From the NCBI GenBank assembly GCA_964016885.1, contig OZ024742.1, positions 15,314,001-15,378,000 on the forward strand: a stretch of DNA of 64,000 nt, given 5' to 3'. Position 1 is the stretch's first letter. Each line of letters starts with the position of its first letter. Below, piece after piece: positions 1 to 11,827 of the stretch. A model generated the notes under the pieces. That model did no database searches. It was not told where the DNA came from and was given only the letters and a program-made list of their open reading frames with translations. This DNA comes from Eledone cirrhosa (lineage: Eukaryota). A program made the translations under genes and the position numbers.

Positions 1-42
<42 letters not shown>
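1..42. repeat. (AC)n microsatellite, truncated by window start
   Basis: Direct ACAC run. Confidence 0.97.
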
Positions 43-47
<5 letters not shown>

Positions 48-57
48 TGCATATATA

Positions 58-178
58 TAACCCTGGAATGGACTGGTGTCGTATCCAGGGGGGAGTCTTG
101 TACTCTCAGTTGCTTCACGCCATAAAACCAGGATATGCACCGGCCTGATGAGCATCGTCGCTCGATACAGACTTTAAA
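58..178 (+). mobile_element. 3' part of tRNA-derived SINE family B (same family as 17856-18110)
   Basis: atggactgg..tccaggggg..tactctca..aaaccaggata..tacagacttt aligns by eye with 18005-18110. Confidence 0.7.
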
Positions 179-631
179 GTGTAATATGTTTCTAGATACA
201 CTACAAGAGTTATCTTGAGTCCTCCCTTGGTCTCTACTCAGAAGACCACGTAAACCATATTTGTGCCAATAACAGAGATCATGTTTATCATATTTAACCC
301 CAAGTTATCCACCAAATATTTAGAACTTCCGATGTTATCACATAACATACTAGACATGAAGGCTCAAACTTCACTATGTGGCAGCTGTTCATCATCATTG
401 TTGTTGTTTTTACTATTGTTGTTGTTATTATTGATGGTTTTTACTGTAAAATATGATTGCTGGGTCATCTATTCTGTTTAGTCTCAACGAGGACCTTATA
501 TAGACTACCTTTCTGTATTCAGACCTGGAGAGGAGATGGGCTCCGCCAGGTTTAAAAGTGCCGTATGTCAATATCGCACCTCTACGACTCCCTCAGGAGT
601 TACAGCTCCATACCATACATACTTTTCTGAG

Positions 632-689
632 TATATTATTATTATTATTATGATTATCATTGTTATTATTATTGTTGTTATTATTATCA
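632..689. repeat. Imperfect (ATT)n tract
   Basis: attattattattatgattatcattgttatt run immediately before a SINE copy. Confidence 0.85.
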
Positions 690-903
690 TAGCGCTGGAT
701 TGGACAAAATGCTTTGTGGCATTCAGTTACGACCCTTCATTTTTCTGAGTTCAAATCCCACTGAGGTCAACTTTTCCTTTCATCTTTTTGGTGTTGATAA
801 AAATAAAGTATCAGTCATGTACTGGGGTTAATGCAATCAACTTTTTCCTCCCTCCTCCCCCAAATGTTTGGCCTCGTGCCCAAATTGTAAATCATTATTA
901 TTT
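690..903 (+). mobile_element. SINE family A copy (tRNA-like B box GAGTTCAAATCCC, Meta-domain-like core, ATT tail)
   Basis: gagttcaaatccc..aggtcaacttt(t/g)cctttcatc..gataaaaataaagta..tactgggg..gtgcc..aaatcattatta; the same string recurs more than 10 times in the window. Confidence 0.8.
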
Positions 904-911
904 TTAATGTC

Positions 912-1097
912 AAGGGTGATGGAAATTGAGGCTTTGTGCCAGTGACCAATTTTATCTCTTTATTGGAGAACCAAAATGTTTTGTGGTATTTAGCTATTAT
1001 ATTCTTCATGTTCTGAATCGAAACCTCACCGAATTCCATTTTGCTTTCAACCTTTCTAGGTCATTAAAATGAGCACCCTTAATATGCAGGAGTCAGT
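912..1097 (+). mobile_element. Degenerate SINE family A copy
   Basis: aaaatgttttgtggtatttagcta..tgttctgaatcgaaacc..ttttgctttcaacctttc..aaaatgagcacc matches the family A consensus loosely. Confidence 0.55.
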
Positions 1098-1101
1098 TTA
1101 A

Positions 1102-1321
1102 CCCTTTAGCATTTACATAACTCTGTATATACTATTATATTTACTATTTTAAAAGCGTTACATCTCATAGTTATCTCACATAAGATCAAATCTATGAGAT
1201 TTTGATATTTTTTTTTGAGAACAATACTTCAACATATGTATGAGTTGCCGGTTACAGCTGGTTTGAACAGAAGCAGGTGAGAGAATTCTGGCTGGATATG
1301 ACCTGTTTAAATGCTAAAGGG
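1102..1321. mobile_element. piggyBac-type MITE family P1, complete copy (220 bp)
   Basis: TTAA (1098-1101), then CCCTTTAGCATTTA ... TAAATGCTAAAGGG, then TTAA (1322-1325): 14-bp perfect TIR with TTAA target duplication. Confidence 0.88.
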
Positions 1322-1539
1322 TTAATCTGATCTGCATGTCTCCCTCCTTGGAAATTTGTGGCCTTGCGCCATTATATATATTTTTTGAAAATATCATATT
1401 TACATATTTACACATCTTCCTTATCACTATCACCATCATTGTCATCGTCTTCATTGGGGTGAGTGAGTTGACAAAACATGGTAGGTTGATAAGATAGCTA
1501 TGTATGACTATATATATATTTTGTATATTTATATATATA

Positions 1540-1570
1540 TCGTCACCACCGTTTAACATCCATTTTTCTA
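1540..1570 (-). mobile_element. Isolated 3' tail of RTE-like element family C
   Basis: tcgtcaccaccgtttaacatccattttt matches the tail at 7640-7670 and 16880-16900. Confidence 0.55.
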
Positions 1571-3022
1571 CACATATATATATAAAACCAGACACACACA
1601 TGCATATATAGATACCCACCCACCCACACACTTATTTATATAGAGAGACAGCTGGTGATTCACTCTTTTGCTACCTGGTTTTTCCTGCCATGTGTAAGCC
1701 GTCAGGCAGCACTGTGGTGAACGTGTATTGTATGGCCAGGAGTGGTTAGGTGAAAGATTTTGTGAAGAATGTGCTTATGTTCCCAAACCAATGTTTCAAT
1801 AATGAAGTACTGATCCATACTTTTTGCAGAATCTGATGTTACAAAAAATAGAATGTCCTGATATAAGTGAATAAGTTGGATTATTGCAGGAAAGAACCAT
1901 TGGCTTAGAATGAACTCTTCTACATGTATTGAGTGCTTTTTATCCATTTTATGCATTCTTCTATATAACATAATTATGTATTGTCTGTGGGCATCGCAAT
2001 TTGTCTGAGAAATAGAACTGTGGAGTTTTATTGTCTTTGGTTTATATATGTCTTCTATTAGATTTGATGTCAATATTAGAGATGTTTTGGTCAGTATGAA
2101 TCAGCGGTTTGCAGTAATATAACAGATTGTGTCAAATGATTATTGTTGTTGTGGGTAGAAATGAAATGAAGTGTGCGTGTAAGTGTTATATATATATATA
2201 TGTACACACACATTATATATACATTATATATATATACACATTATATATATATACATTGGTGGAAATCCGTAGATAAAAGATCATGGAAAACGGTGTTCAA
2301 TCTGTTGCAAGAGAGCTTATTTAGTGTCAACAAAGTTTCATACACTTAACATATATGTGGTACTATTGGTTTCAGGGTCCAGCTATGGCCACTACTGTAT
2401 AATGGAGGAAGCACTTTTTAACTGGTCCTTCATTCAGGCACGTGAAACCATTGGTAACATATACATGTTAGGTATATGGAACTTTGTTTACCCTATATAT
2501 ATATATATATATAAATATATAAAAGCTGTATGTTCAAATTTACTCTAGGTTGTTTTGTATTTCTGGACAAAATAACCCTTCATTAACATAATAATCTAAA
2601 TAGACATGAAATAACTGCTGAACTTTTCTGAGAAGCCAGAGAGATTTTTCTATTATCTACTATGGCAACAGTAGTAGATCTGAGAGTCTTATAGTCTGTG
2701 TTTTGTCTAATTTGTTCCTTTATGTCCTGAAATTCTAACCTTTCTTTCATTGGAATTGATTAAATAATTTAATGAGGGCAAAAATGAGAGAAGGAAATAC
2801 ACTCATTTATTGTGACAGTGAATTTATGTAGTTATAAAACTGAGTGACTATAAAGGACCATAGGGGTTTTACTAGGGAACATTTTTAGGAAGATAAAATG
2901 TTAACGATAAATTAGGTGCAGGAATGTTTTGCCACCAGATGGCATGCTTTATCTCTAGTTTCAGAATTTGTACAACTTGAGATCTTTGAATTGAAATCCA
3001 GCCTTTGTTATGTTGATGAAAT

Positions 3023-3220
3023 TTAAACCAATAATATGCTGGTATCTAAACATCTGATGAAATTTGTTTGAATATGATTCATTTCAAATCTTTTGATAAC
3101 ATAATGATATCTGTGGTTTGTTGGTCTATAGTTGTTAGCAGTAATACACTTTTGGAAATTGATGATCCTGGCTATAGACCTCCAATAAGTTCCTCTGATC
3201 AACATGAGAATGTTGGTCAA
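3023..3220 (-). pseudogene. Decayed non-LTR retrotransposon (LINE) reverse-transcriptase fragment
   Basis: Translation GTYWRSIARIINFQKCITANNYRPTNHRYHYVIKRFEMNHIQTNFIRCLDTSILL follows the LINE RT N-terminal pattern G..P..WK.A.IIPI.K....NYRPISL....K.FE.II...L...L....LL. Confidence 0.6.
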
Positions 3221-4035
3221 TGAATGACACTTTCAATGAGATTATATATCCACCATGTGGTTTCATTGGTGACTCTAGACTGGATTGTTGCTGGGCATTA
3301 TGCCTTGCCAAAGGGTAGACTGTGTTTGGTCTGAGACAGCTTATTTTCATATTTGTTGCTAACACCTGTAACTAGGGGTTGTTTCTCTATCTGTACCTGG
3401 TGACCTGCTAGGTAGGAACTCCCTCTCTCTCCTGATATTACTGCTTTGCATGCAAAAGGTCCCAATCTAATAAATTGCTTATCTTCAGTTTTGCTTAAAA
3501 AAAGAAGAGTTTGCCTCCTTTGTGTTGCAGAAAGTGTTTATGCATGATGTTTGCAGTGAATTGAGATGGATTGCCTCAATATTTTGTGAGAATATTTGAA
3601 AATTTTAGGAATTTTCTAAGTATATTCATTTATTTGGGTATTGAAATTAGAATGTTGGAAGTATATTAAGTAGTAAACAATATGAGGTTGAAGTGTGTTT
3701 TTAAAGATAGGATACAAATGGTGGCGCTAATGACAACTTGGCTTCCATCATTAAGTTCCTCATCCTAAAAGAGTTAGCTTAAAAAAAGTTAAGGATATGA
3801 AGAGTGGTTATTTTTAAAACAATTGCATCATGATAGGGAACATTTTGGTAATTCAAACATGCATGTAATCATTTTTATTCTTCCTCAAACCATGTAGTTT
3901 TCAAGCTTAACAAAAACAACTTATGTATATACACAACTTATGTATATACACAATGTAAAGCACAATATATAATTTCAGAATGTAATCTGACAAATAATTT
4001 ATTTCTATATTGAGAGCTGCAGTTGGCTGATTTAA

Positions 4036-4232
4036 CCCTTTACATTATTATATATATATATGTATTTTTATGGCGAAGGTGTTATCTCACGTAATATCTC
4101 ACATAATATCGAATCTATGAGATTTTGAGAACAATACCTGAATATCAGTATGAGTGGCCAGTTACAATTGGTTTGAACAGAAAGAGGTGAGAGAATGCTG
4201 ACTGCATAGAGCTGGTTTAAATGCTAAATAGT
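4036..4232. mobile_element. MITE family P1 copy with degenerate right TIR
   Basis: TTAA-CCCTTTACATT start; internal atctcacataatatcgaatctatgagattttgagaacaatac..ggtttgaacagaaagaggtgagagaat..tttaaatgctaaa shared with 1102-1321. Confidence 0.8.
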
Positions 4233-5469
4233 TTAATAACATGTTGGACTGCTAACTGAAGGGTTCATATCCTGGTACCAACACTTCATTATGTCCATAG
4301 TGAAATCACTTAACTCTCAAATTACCAAACCATCCAAATAATAAATATGTTTTATGTCCCTTATATCAAACAGTTTATTGCTTGCTATGAGAGGCTTGCC
4401 GATTGTGTATAGTTGTAAATGTTTGTTGGCAGTTTTTAGTTGACATCTTGCTATGAGTGTCATTTGGAGTGGGATGTACCTCTAGGAGGATAATTTCTTA
4501 TAGATAACAGGTGAGGTCTTCAAATGCTGTCCTCTTAACCCCTCGTTAGAATACCACTGACATAGCTACACACCCATAGCTACACACATACATACTCTCT
4601 CTAACTCACTCACTCATTAATTCAACTCATTATGCAACTCATTACATATCTTCACTTCATTATTTATTTTTTAGCAGTTTTCTTTTTTCTTTTTCAATAT
4701 CTTTATCAGCAATTTCAAATTTATAAAAAAAAATAAATAAAAGGAATAAAATCTCTGAAGAAATTTAATTACATCCTTGTCTACCCTTAACAGAATGGAC
4801 CAGTTCTAAAATGTATAAGCTTTGCTAATTGTCGACAATCCTATTTCATAGACATTGCCAGTCTTGTCTTTTCTCTCCCTCAATAAAAAAATAATACAAA
4901 AAAAAAACAACAAAAAAAAACAAAACAAATTATAATAAATAAATTAAAACAACAACAATAACAATACCATCAAAAAGAAGAACTGGGAACAGCAAAGTTT
5001 AAATATCTTTAGTGTGATCCCAATCTGATAAGGATATGTATAAGGATATATTAAAGTATTAAGATAAACCTTAAATACAAATGAGACTTAAAAAAAAATA
5101 CTACTAAAATATCAAACTATATTCTTCAACATTGGCAAAGATCTCTGTTGTTTTGATGCTTTTTGTTGCTTCTTTTTTGTTCTTGTTGCATTTATTCTAA
5201 ACATTGATTTTTTCTTCTAAATGCTGCAAATATTTCTGTCTTACAGATGATATTTGCTTTAAATTTGTTTTCTTATTAATATTATAATTTATTAATCATT
5301 TGTTTTCTCCTTCTTTTCTTTCCGTTTTCTTTTATACTTTTTAAACTTTTTTTTTCTCTGTTTTAGTTTTGCTCTTAACTTTCTTTAATGTCTTAGTTCA
5401 ATTAACAGTAAAACTACACACAACATAAACATCCTTCTTTTATCTTTAATATACTAATTAATACATACC

Positions 5470-5488
5470 ATTACTACTACTATTACTA

Positions 5489-5520
<32 letters not shown>
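5470..5520. repeat. (ACT)n microsatellite
   Basis: Direct actactact run. Confidence 0.9.
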
Positions 5521-6270
5521 TTAATATTAAAAGTTGGCAGATATTGTGGAGTTGCACACTAAAAAGCTTTACAGTGTTTAGATTTGCTGCTTTTCTGTTG
5601 AAAGTTGAAACTCTACTGGTGCCAACTCTGCCTTCTCCCTGCCAGGAATAGGAACCAGTAATATCAGGGAGTTTGTTCTGTCTACACATGATGCTCCACA
5701 ATTTATAGTCACATGCCATATTAGAAATCAATATTAAAAAAAAATAAATAAATAGTATTTTTTGTTTGTTTTTGAATATATTAAAATGAATAAATAGAAA
5801 TAAATACAGAAACTAAATCCCCCGTCTCCGAACTAGCAAATAACATTGAAATAGGACAGAAAAACAGCAGAATACACGATTGAAAAAGAACAACAAAGAA
5901 AATTAGATAAAATCTAAAATGCTACCGGAAGGTTCTTACACTGCTAAATATTTCAAAGATCTGAAAGTTTTAAAAAACTAGGAAAATTCTAGCCCGTAGT
6001 GAGCTGCCGATCTAAAAACAACAACAAAAAACACTTCACACACTAAGCTGACTTTGTAAAATGTGTTCAACTTGTTAATATTATTAATCAACTGACCCGA
6101 CTTTTGTATATCCTTGTAGATGGCTTCTACAGTGCCGGGACACACTCCCTACCCCATTTTTACAGTGGTAGGTAATCAAAATTTTCTCTCTCATTGACCA
6201 AAATGGGGGCACATGCTGGTCCCGGTCAAAGGCTTCTTTTTTTTTCTGGGGTCAATAAACCAACAAACCT

Positions 6271-6273
<3 letters not shown>

Positions 6274-6340
<67 letters not shown>

Positions 6341-6352
6341 TACACACACACT
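6274..6352. repeat. (TA)n followed by (CA)n microsatellite
   Basis: Direct observation. Confidence 0.95.
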
Positions 6353-6606
6353 CACAACAAGATACCCAACAAATCTGCCTGTGCTTTGGTGTCCCTTACT
6401 GCCAACACATTAGATTATCAGTGCGCTTCAACCTCTTCTTCTTCCTACCACCACCACTACTACTACTACCACCACCACAACTATTCCTTCATGTTAATAT
6501 CTCTCCCCCCATATTCACACTTATTCATAATGTACCATTTATATCTTAAAATTTATATTTTGCTTATCTTATTTTATTTCCTGTTATTTTACTTTTTAGC
6601 CTTGAG

Positions 6607-7200
6607 ATTATTGTTATTACTGTTATTATTATTATTATTATTATTATTATATGTTGGACACCATGCTTTGCGGCATAAAGTTACGGTCCTTTATGATCTG
6701 AGTTCAAATCCAGCCGATGTTATCTTTGCCTTTCATCCTTATGGAGTCGATAAAATAAAGTACCAGTAACACATTGGGGTCGATTTAATCGACTTTCACC
6801 ATCCCAATATTGCTGACCTTGTGCCTCAATCAGAAACCATTATTATTATTATTATTGAGGGTGGTGGGTTGGTAGTATTGGTAGGGCATTGGACGAAATA
6901 CTTTGCAGTATGTAATTACGACTTTCAACGTTCTGACTTTAAATCCTGCTGAGGGGGGGGTCAGCTTTGTCTTTCATCTTTCCGGGGTTGATGAAATAAA
7001 GTACCAGTAAAGTACTGGGATTGATCTAATCAACTTTTCTCTCCTCCCAAATTGTGCCTAAATTAGAAGCCATTATTATTAGATTGGCAGTATTGGTAGA
7101 ACATTGGCCAACATGCTTAGTGGTATTTAGCTATGACTTTTGACATTCTGAGTTCAAATGCTGCTGAATTGTTCTTCCTTTGATCATTATAATGAAATAA
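6607..7200 (+). mobile_element. Head-to-tail cluster of three SINE family A copies (about 6651-6857, 6858-7080, partial 7084-7200) after an (ATT)n tract
   Basis: Three successive ttggac..(ga)gttcaaatcc..tttcatc..ataaagtaccagtaa..tgtgcct..agaa(a/g)ccattattatt units. Confidence 0.82.
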
Positions 7201-7215
7201 ATCCATCTTGTTTAA

Positions 7216-7322
7216 CCTTTAGTATGCTCTAAGTGACATAAGGTGCCGATAGAGTAATCTCCCCTTAATACATAATCCAAGGCCAAGGGAAGCAATTCAT
7301 ACAAATTTCTAGCATTTAAAGG
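7216..7322. mobile_element. Short TTAA-flanked element with P1-like termini
   Basis: TTAA-CCTTTAGTATGCT ... AGCATTTAAAGG-TTAA, an imperfect TIR. Confidence 0.5.
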
Positions 7323-7477
7323 TTAAATATTTTCACCTAAAATAATTGAAATCCAAAATCTTGATTATAGAAATTAGTTATGGGGTGATCCAGCCTGGCC
7401 ACTGCCTTCTAGAAGCAGTAAATATTTCATTACTGTGTAGAATGAAGGATTAAAGTTCCTTGTATTATTATATTTCT

Positions 7478-7615
7478 GTATGTTCTGAGTTCAAATCACT
7501 TTAAAGTCAACTATACCTCTCATTGGAGGGGGTTAGTAAAATATAGTAACGGTGTAAACTAATATTATCTATTTTCTTTCTTCAAAATTTGAGGCCTTAT
7601 GTCTGCTCTCAGTTG
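7478..7615 (+). mobile_element. Degenerate SINE family A copy
   Basis: tatgttctgagttcaaatcac..gtcaactatacctctcat..aaaatttgaggccttatgtct. Confidence 0.55.
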
Positions 7616-7637
7616 TTGAATAATTGTCACCCCCGCT

Positions 7638-7812
7638 TCATCATCATCACCGTTTAACATCCATTTTCCATGCTTGCATGGGTTAGACCGATCAGCCATG
7701 TCATGAGACAAGTCTGGCCAGATTAGCCACACCGTACCTTGCTCAGACGGAACTGTAAATTTGGTCAGGATATTTACAGCTGGATTTCCTACCAACCACC
7801 TTTACTGTGTGG
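7638..7812 (-). mobile_element. RTE-like retroposon 3' end, family C
   Basis: catcatcatcaccgtttaacatccattttccatgcttgcatgggttagac..tacagctggat..accaaccacctttac; reverse complement of 8600-8767. Confidence 0.72.
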
Positions 7813-8499
7813 AATCATTATTGTTTATTTAACAGTAAAGGAATAGGAAAACTAATTTCTGATTTTTATCTTGGTTTTCTTCAACATTATCAATTTTCGC
7901 TCACAATTGTAGGCTTTTTTTGTAACAGTTCCATAACCAGGAGAGAATTATTAGAGATATTTAAACCAATGTAATCCTTGATTGTTTTTTGTTTGTTATT
8001 GATTAAGTAAACCTATAAAGATGTACCTGCTGTAACCACTCAGTTTCTGTTTCACCCCATAGTGTATCTAGTTATTTCTCTATCTGTGGTTTTATGATAT
8101 TCCTTTAGTCTTACTTTTAGAGGGTGGCTCGGTCTCACCTTTATATCCCTTGTCACAACTGTGTGGGGTGGAGTGCAGTACCCACTTCTTATTTATGATC
8201 TTTCCTGATGTTAGATGCAATCCATTGTGTTTCTGTACAATGAATCAACTAGCTGTTTAAATGGCAACAGCTCATCTGTCGGGTCCCGGCATTTTATAAT
8301 ATAACCCTACTCTACTACCCCAAGTATCGAATATACTGTTGTGTAATGGTCTAACCAGTTTCAAACTGAATCCATCCTGATTTATATATATATATAAATC
8401 AGAACTGAGACCTCTGGTGTTACGCAGTAATGCAGAAGACCCGACTTCCCACAGGTACAAGCCGAAGCTGAAGCATATAGACAGTATCCCCTCTCCCCC

Positions 8500-8767
8500 T
8501 CCTACTGTAAAGTGGTCGTGGAGGTGTCACAACATAAATCACCCAGTCCACACTGTAGAATAGTCGTGTAGGTGCCACGGTAAAAAACACCCAGTACTCA
8601 CTGTAAATGAGGTTGGTGTTAGGAAGGGCATCCAGCTGTAGAAATGAAGCCAGAATCAGTTCCTGTATGAGCAAGACATGGTCACCTGACCTGACATTGC
8701 CCACAACAGGACAACCCGTCTAACCCATGCTAGCGTGAAAGAATGGATGTAAAACGGTGATGATGAT
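8500..8767 (+). mobile_element. RTE-like retroposon 3' end, family C, with internal ~50-bp tandem unit
   Basis: ggttggtgttaggaagggcatccagctgtagaaa..ccgtctaacccatgctagc..ggatgtaaaacggtgatgatgat with (GAT)n tail; upstream (ac)actgta..gtcgtg(g/t)aggtg..cacccagt occurs twice. Confidence 0.72.
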
Positions 8768-8788
8768 ACACACACACACACACACACA

Positions 8789-8823
<35 letters not shown>
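8768..8823. repeat. (CA)n microsatellite
   Basis: Direct observation. Confidence 0.95.
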
Positions 8824-8825
<2 letters not shown>

Positions 8826-8985
8826 AAATGAGTATATGTGAGATCATAAACCTAAATGCACATATCTATATACAAATGCATATTTACACACATGTACATT
8901 AGAAAGATAGGATCACAACTACATACACATTTACATGTGAACATCTAATGCATACATACACACATACATCCACATAGAAACACAA

Positions 8986-8996
8986 TGCATACATAC

Positions 8997-9054
<58 letters not shown>
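8986..9054. repeat. (CATA)/(TA)n microsatellite
   Basis: Direct observation. Confidence 0.95.
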
Positions 9055-9056
<2 letters not shown>

Positions 9057-9448
9057 AATTATATACACATCTTCCCACATGCAAAAATATACAGGCTTAA
9101 ACACATGCGTATATAGGAATTTATACATACATGTATCCACATATAGTGATGAGAGAGAAATGATACAAAATGCTAATGTTCTATTTTGTTATTCACTGAA
9201 AGACAATGCTTTATTTTAGAACACTCCTCAATACCTAATGCTTATATATGAATTTAGATGTACATGTCCATGTACACATACATATACAGTAAAACTTGTG
9301 CATGCATGAGAGAGCGGTAGAGAGGGCAAGGGAGATAATGACAAGTTTCTAGTTGTTTCAGTAAATATTTCAGAACACTCCTCAAACTATCCCACTTCTA
9401 CTCCATTAAAACTTTTAATCTCCACTTCCTTGTTTTTTATTTTAGATT

Positions 9449-9464
9449 TATGTGTGTGTATGTA

Positions 9465-9545
<81 letters not shown>

Positions 9546-9546
9546 A
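9449..9546. repeat. (TG)n/(TA)n microsatellite
   Basis: Direct observation; abuts the transposon left TIR. Confidence 0.95.
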
Positions 9547-10753
9547 CCGTATATACTCACGTATAGGTCGCCCCGGCAGATAGGTCGCATACCCACTTTT
9601 CATTTAACAAATAGGCTAGTTGCCATTGACTCGCAGATAGGTCGCACTGAAATTTGGGCCGTCAAACTAATATTTTTTATGATAATTGAAACTAATAATC
9701 TGTTAGCTTTCCATTACTTCACCGTTGCGATATATACTCCAAACCTTGTTTTATTTATAAAATAAACATCTACATCATCGAAATCTCGTCAATTCAAGAT
9801 TACTGCGAGATAAAGCCTTTAAGCGCGAAAATTAACTCTTAATATAGTGAAAGAACTTGAAATAACACCTGTTTTTTAATGTTGAAAGTATAACAGATTT
9901 TTTCGTATCACCATGGCTTCCCAAAGTAGCGAATACCGACTTTGAAGGTTTTACATGCGACAACATTCGAAATGAAAAAGAAACACAAGATAATATTAGT
10001 GATTTATCTTCAAATGAATCAGACGTATTTATTTCTGACGATGATAGTTACTTTGAAAGTGAAAGCGAAGATCTGACGGACACCATTGAAAATATTACAG
10101 CAACGTGGTTGAAAGATACAACACCAATACATGTTCACACCTGTTAATGAACTTATATATTGGGAACACTCTGTTACGTAAATTTACACCGTACATTGTG
10201 TAAGAGTACATTGCAAATATTATTTTGACTGGTGAAAAGGTTTTATACATTTTTTTTCAATGAAAATATTTGCCTGGAATGTAGAGAAAGACTAAAACCT
10301 TGTACTGATTATATCTGCATTTTTAATTAATTCACCTGTTCGGAAAACTGCTAATTTTGAAAAGGAATGCCAAATAGAATAATCTGTTTCCTGTTAAAGT
10401 AAATACGTCACAATACGTGTTCATAGCAACGCTAAGACAATGAAATCACATTTTAAATACCGGGTATGCATTTCTATGGATTTTAATGACGGATGGTTCG
10501 GTCAGATAGAAAAAAACGTAAACACTACACAGTTTTAGTAAAAAATTTAAAATCAAGAAATATATGTATTAGAAGGTAGATATATGAAATTATTATGTTA
10601 AATAATAAAAAATATTATTTTTATAAATACCCATCGTTGATTAAGTCTATGAAAAATCATTGGTCAGTCTGATGTCGATCGGATAGGTCGTACCCCAAAA
10701 ATTTATACTTATTTATCGTTAAAAAAGTGCGACCTATACGCGAGTATATATGG
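9547..10753 (+). mobile_element. Non-autonomous TIR DNA transposon, about 1.2 kb
   Basis: Left end CCGTATATACTCACGTATAGGTCGC; right end GCGACCTATACGCGAGTATATATGG (25-bp TIR, 2 mismatches); flanked by TATA on both sides; subterminal GATAGGTCG repeats near 9579, 9636 and 10682; interior richer in CpG than the flanks. Confidence 0.88.
9913..10147 (+). pseudogene. Frameshifted acidic transposase-like N-terminal remnant inside the TIR element
   Basis: ATG GCT TCC CAA AGT AGC GAA, then one frameshift to TDFEGFTCDNIRNEKETQDNISDLSSNESDVFISDDDSYFESESEDLTDTIENITATWLKDTTPIHVHTC*. Confidence 0.5.
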
Positions 10754-11177
10754 TATATGGTACTCTGATATATGTGTAATTTAGAAAGTTTGATAAATAG
10801 TATTATTTTCTATGTGGGAACAGAATGATGTTCTTATTTTTTTCTGTATGTTTTTTATTTTATTTTATTGGAATAATTTAATCATTGACCGAACATTGAT
10901 TATCGAGATACCAATATAATGTGCATCTCTTTTTAGAGACATTCATGCAATATTGTTACATATGCACTTAATATTATTGACACCATTCTAGCTTCAATAT
11001 TCAACTGGCAGCCTTCCTCTCATTTTATTGAGTTGTGTAGTTATATATGATGAACAACAAATACTAATGTCCCCTCCTTTCCTTATTAGTTTATTAAAAG
11101 AAAACTGTGGCACAAATGTTTAGCTGAAGCATTTGCTGCTACAGCTAGGATGTAACCTTTTCAGGACCAGTATTCAA

Positions 11178-11360
11178 CTTCCTTTTGATATCAAACAACT
11201 TGGGACTTCATCTGATTCAATGATACAAAACTATTTATTTTAAAGTATTTATATTTATCTAAAACCTTCCATCATAAATTTCATGAGAATTTGTTTAATA
11301 TACTTTCCAAATATCATCTTAATAAGAAAGTTAGTTAGGTTAACAAAATCTCACCAAATT
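11178..11360 (+). mobile_element. Partial copy of MITE family P2
   Basis: ccttttgatatcaaac..atgatacaaaactatttattttaaagt..atatttatctaaaacc..ttaataagaaagtt aligns with 18466-18625. Confidence 0.6.
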
Positions 11361-11654
11361 GTTGACGACCATTTAGTGACAGCTATAATGAAAATTATAT
11401 ATATATAATAATAATATGGAAAACGAAGAATCAGTGATGCATCGGAATACAGTTTATTACGTATCACAATTGTTTCTCCGGCGAACAGCTTGAGGTGCGA
11501 TCTGTTTGTGGATCGAACCTGACTCTGGATTCACAAGTTCCTTAGACGTCTAGTGATTTTGAAGCAAATCCTCTTTCTATATAAGTAGAGTGCTCAACTG
11601 GCATACTGCCTATGGATGCATCTTAGCAACCTACTACAAATATATTCATTTCAT

Positions 11655-11810
11655 TTCATTTTACGTCCACTTTTCCCTGCTTGCAAGGGTGGGACGGGAA
11701 CTGATTCTGGCTTGATTTCTACAGCTGGATGCCCTTCCTAACACCAACCTCATTTACAGTGAGTGCTGGGTGCTTTTTTGCTGTGGCACCTCCACGACCA
11801 CTTTGCAGTG
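11655..11810 (-). mobile_element. RTE-like retroposon 3' end, family C
   Basis: tttacgtccacttttccctgcttgcaagggtgggacgg..tctacagctggatgcccttcctaacaccaacctcatttacagtgagt. Confidence 0.75.
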
Positions 11811-11827
11811 GAATGATAGGGACCCCA

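Noticed and set aside
2285-2400. Another hammerhead candidate (minus-strand GAAAC-UUU-GU)
   Set aside because: No CUGANGA core or closing helix found nearby.
3915-3951. 17-bp tandem duplication acaacttatgtatatac
   Set aside because: Ordinary slippage duplication with no further signal.
4660-5400. A-rich followed by T-rich tract suggesting a large inverted repeat
   Set aside because: Only compositional complementarity; I could not find specific arm-to-arm alignment.
6194-6769. 191-aa ORF, the longest in the window
   Set aside because: Built from (TA)n, (CAC/TAC)n and (TTA)n tracts plus a SINE; low complexity, no domain.
8899-9765. Several YIYIYI-containing ORFs (also 16034-16910)
   Set aside because: Artefacts of (TA)n/(CA)n microsatellites, which lack stop codons.
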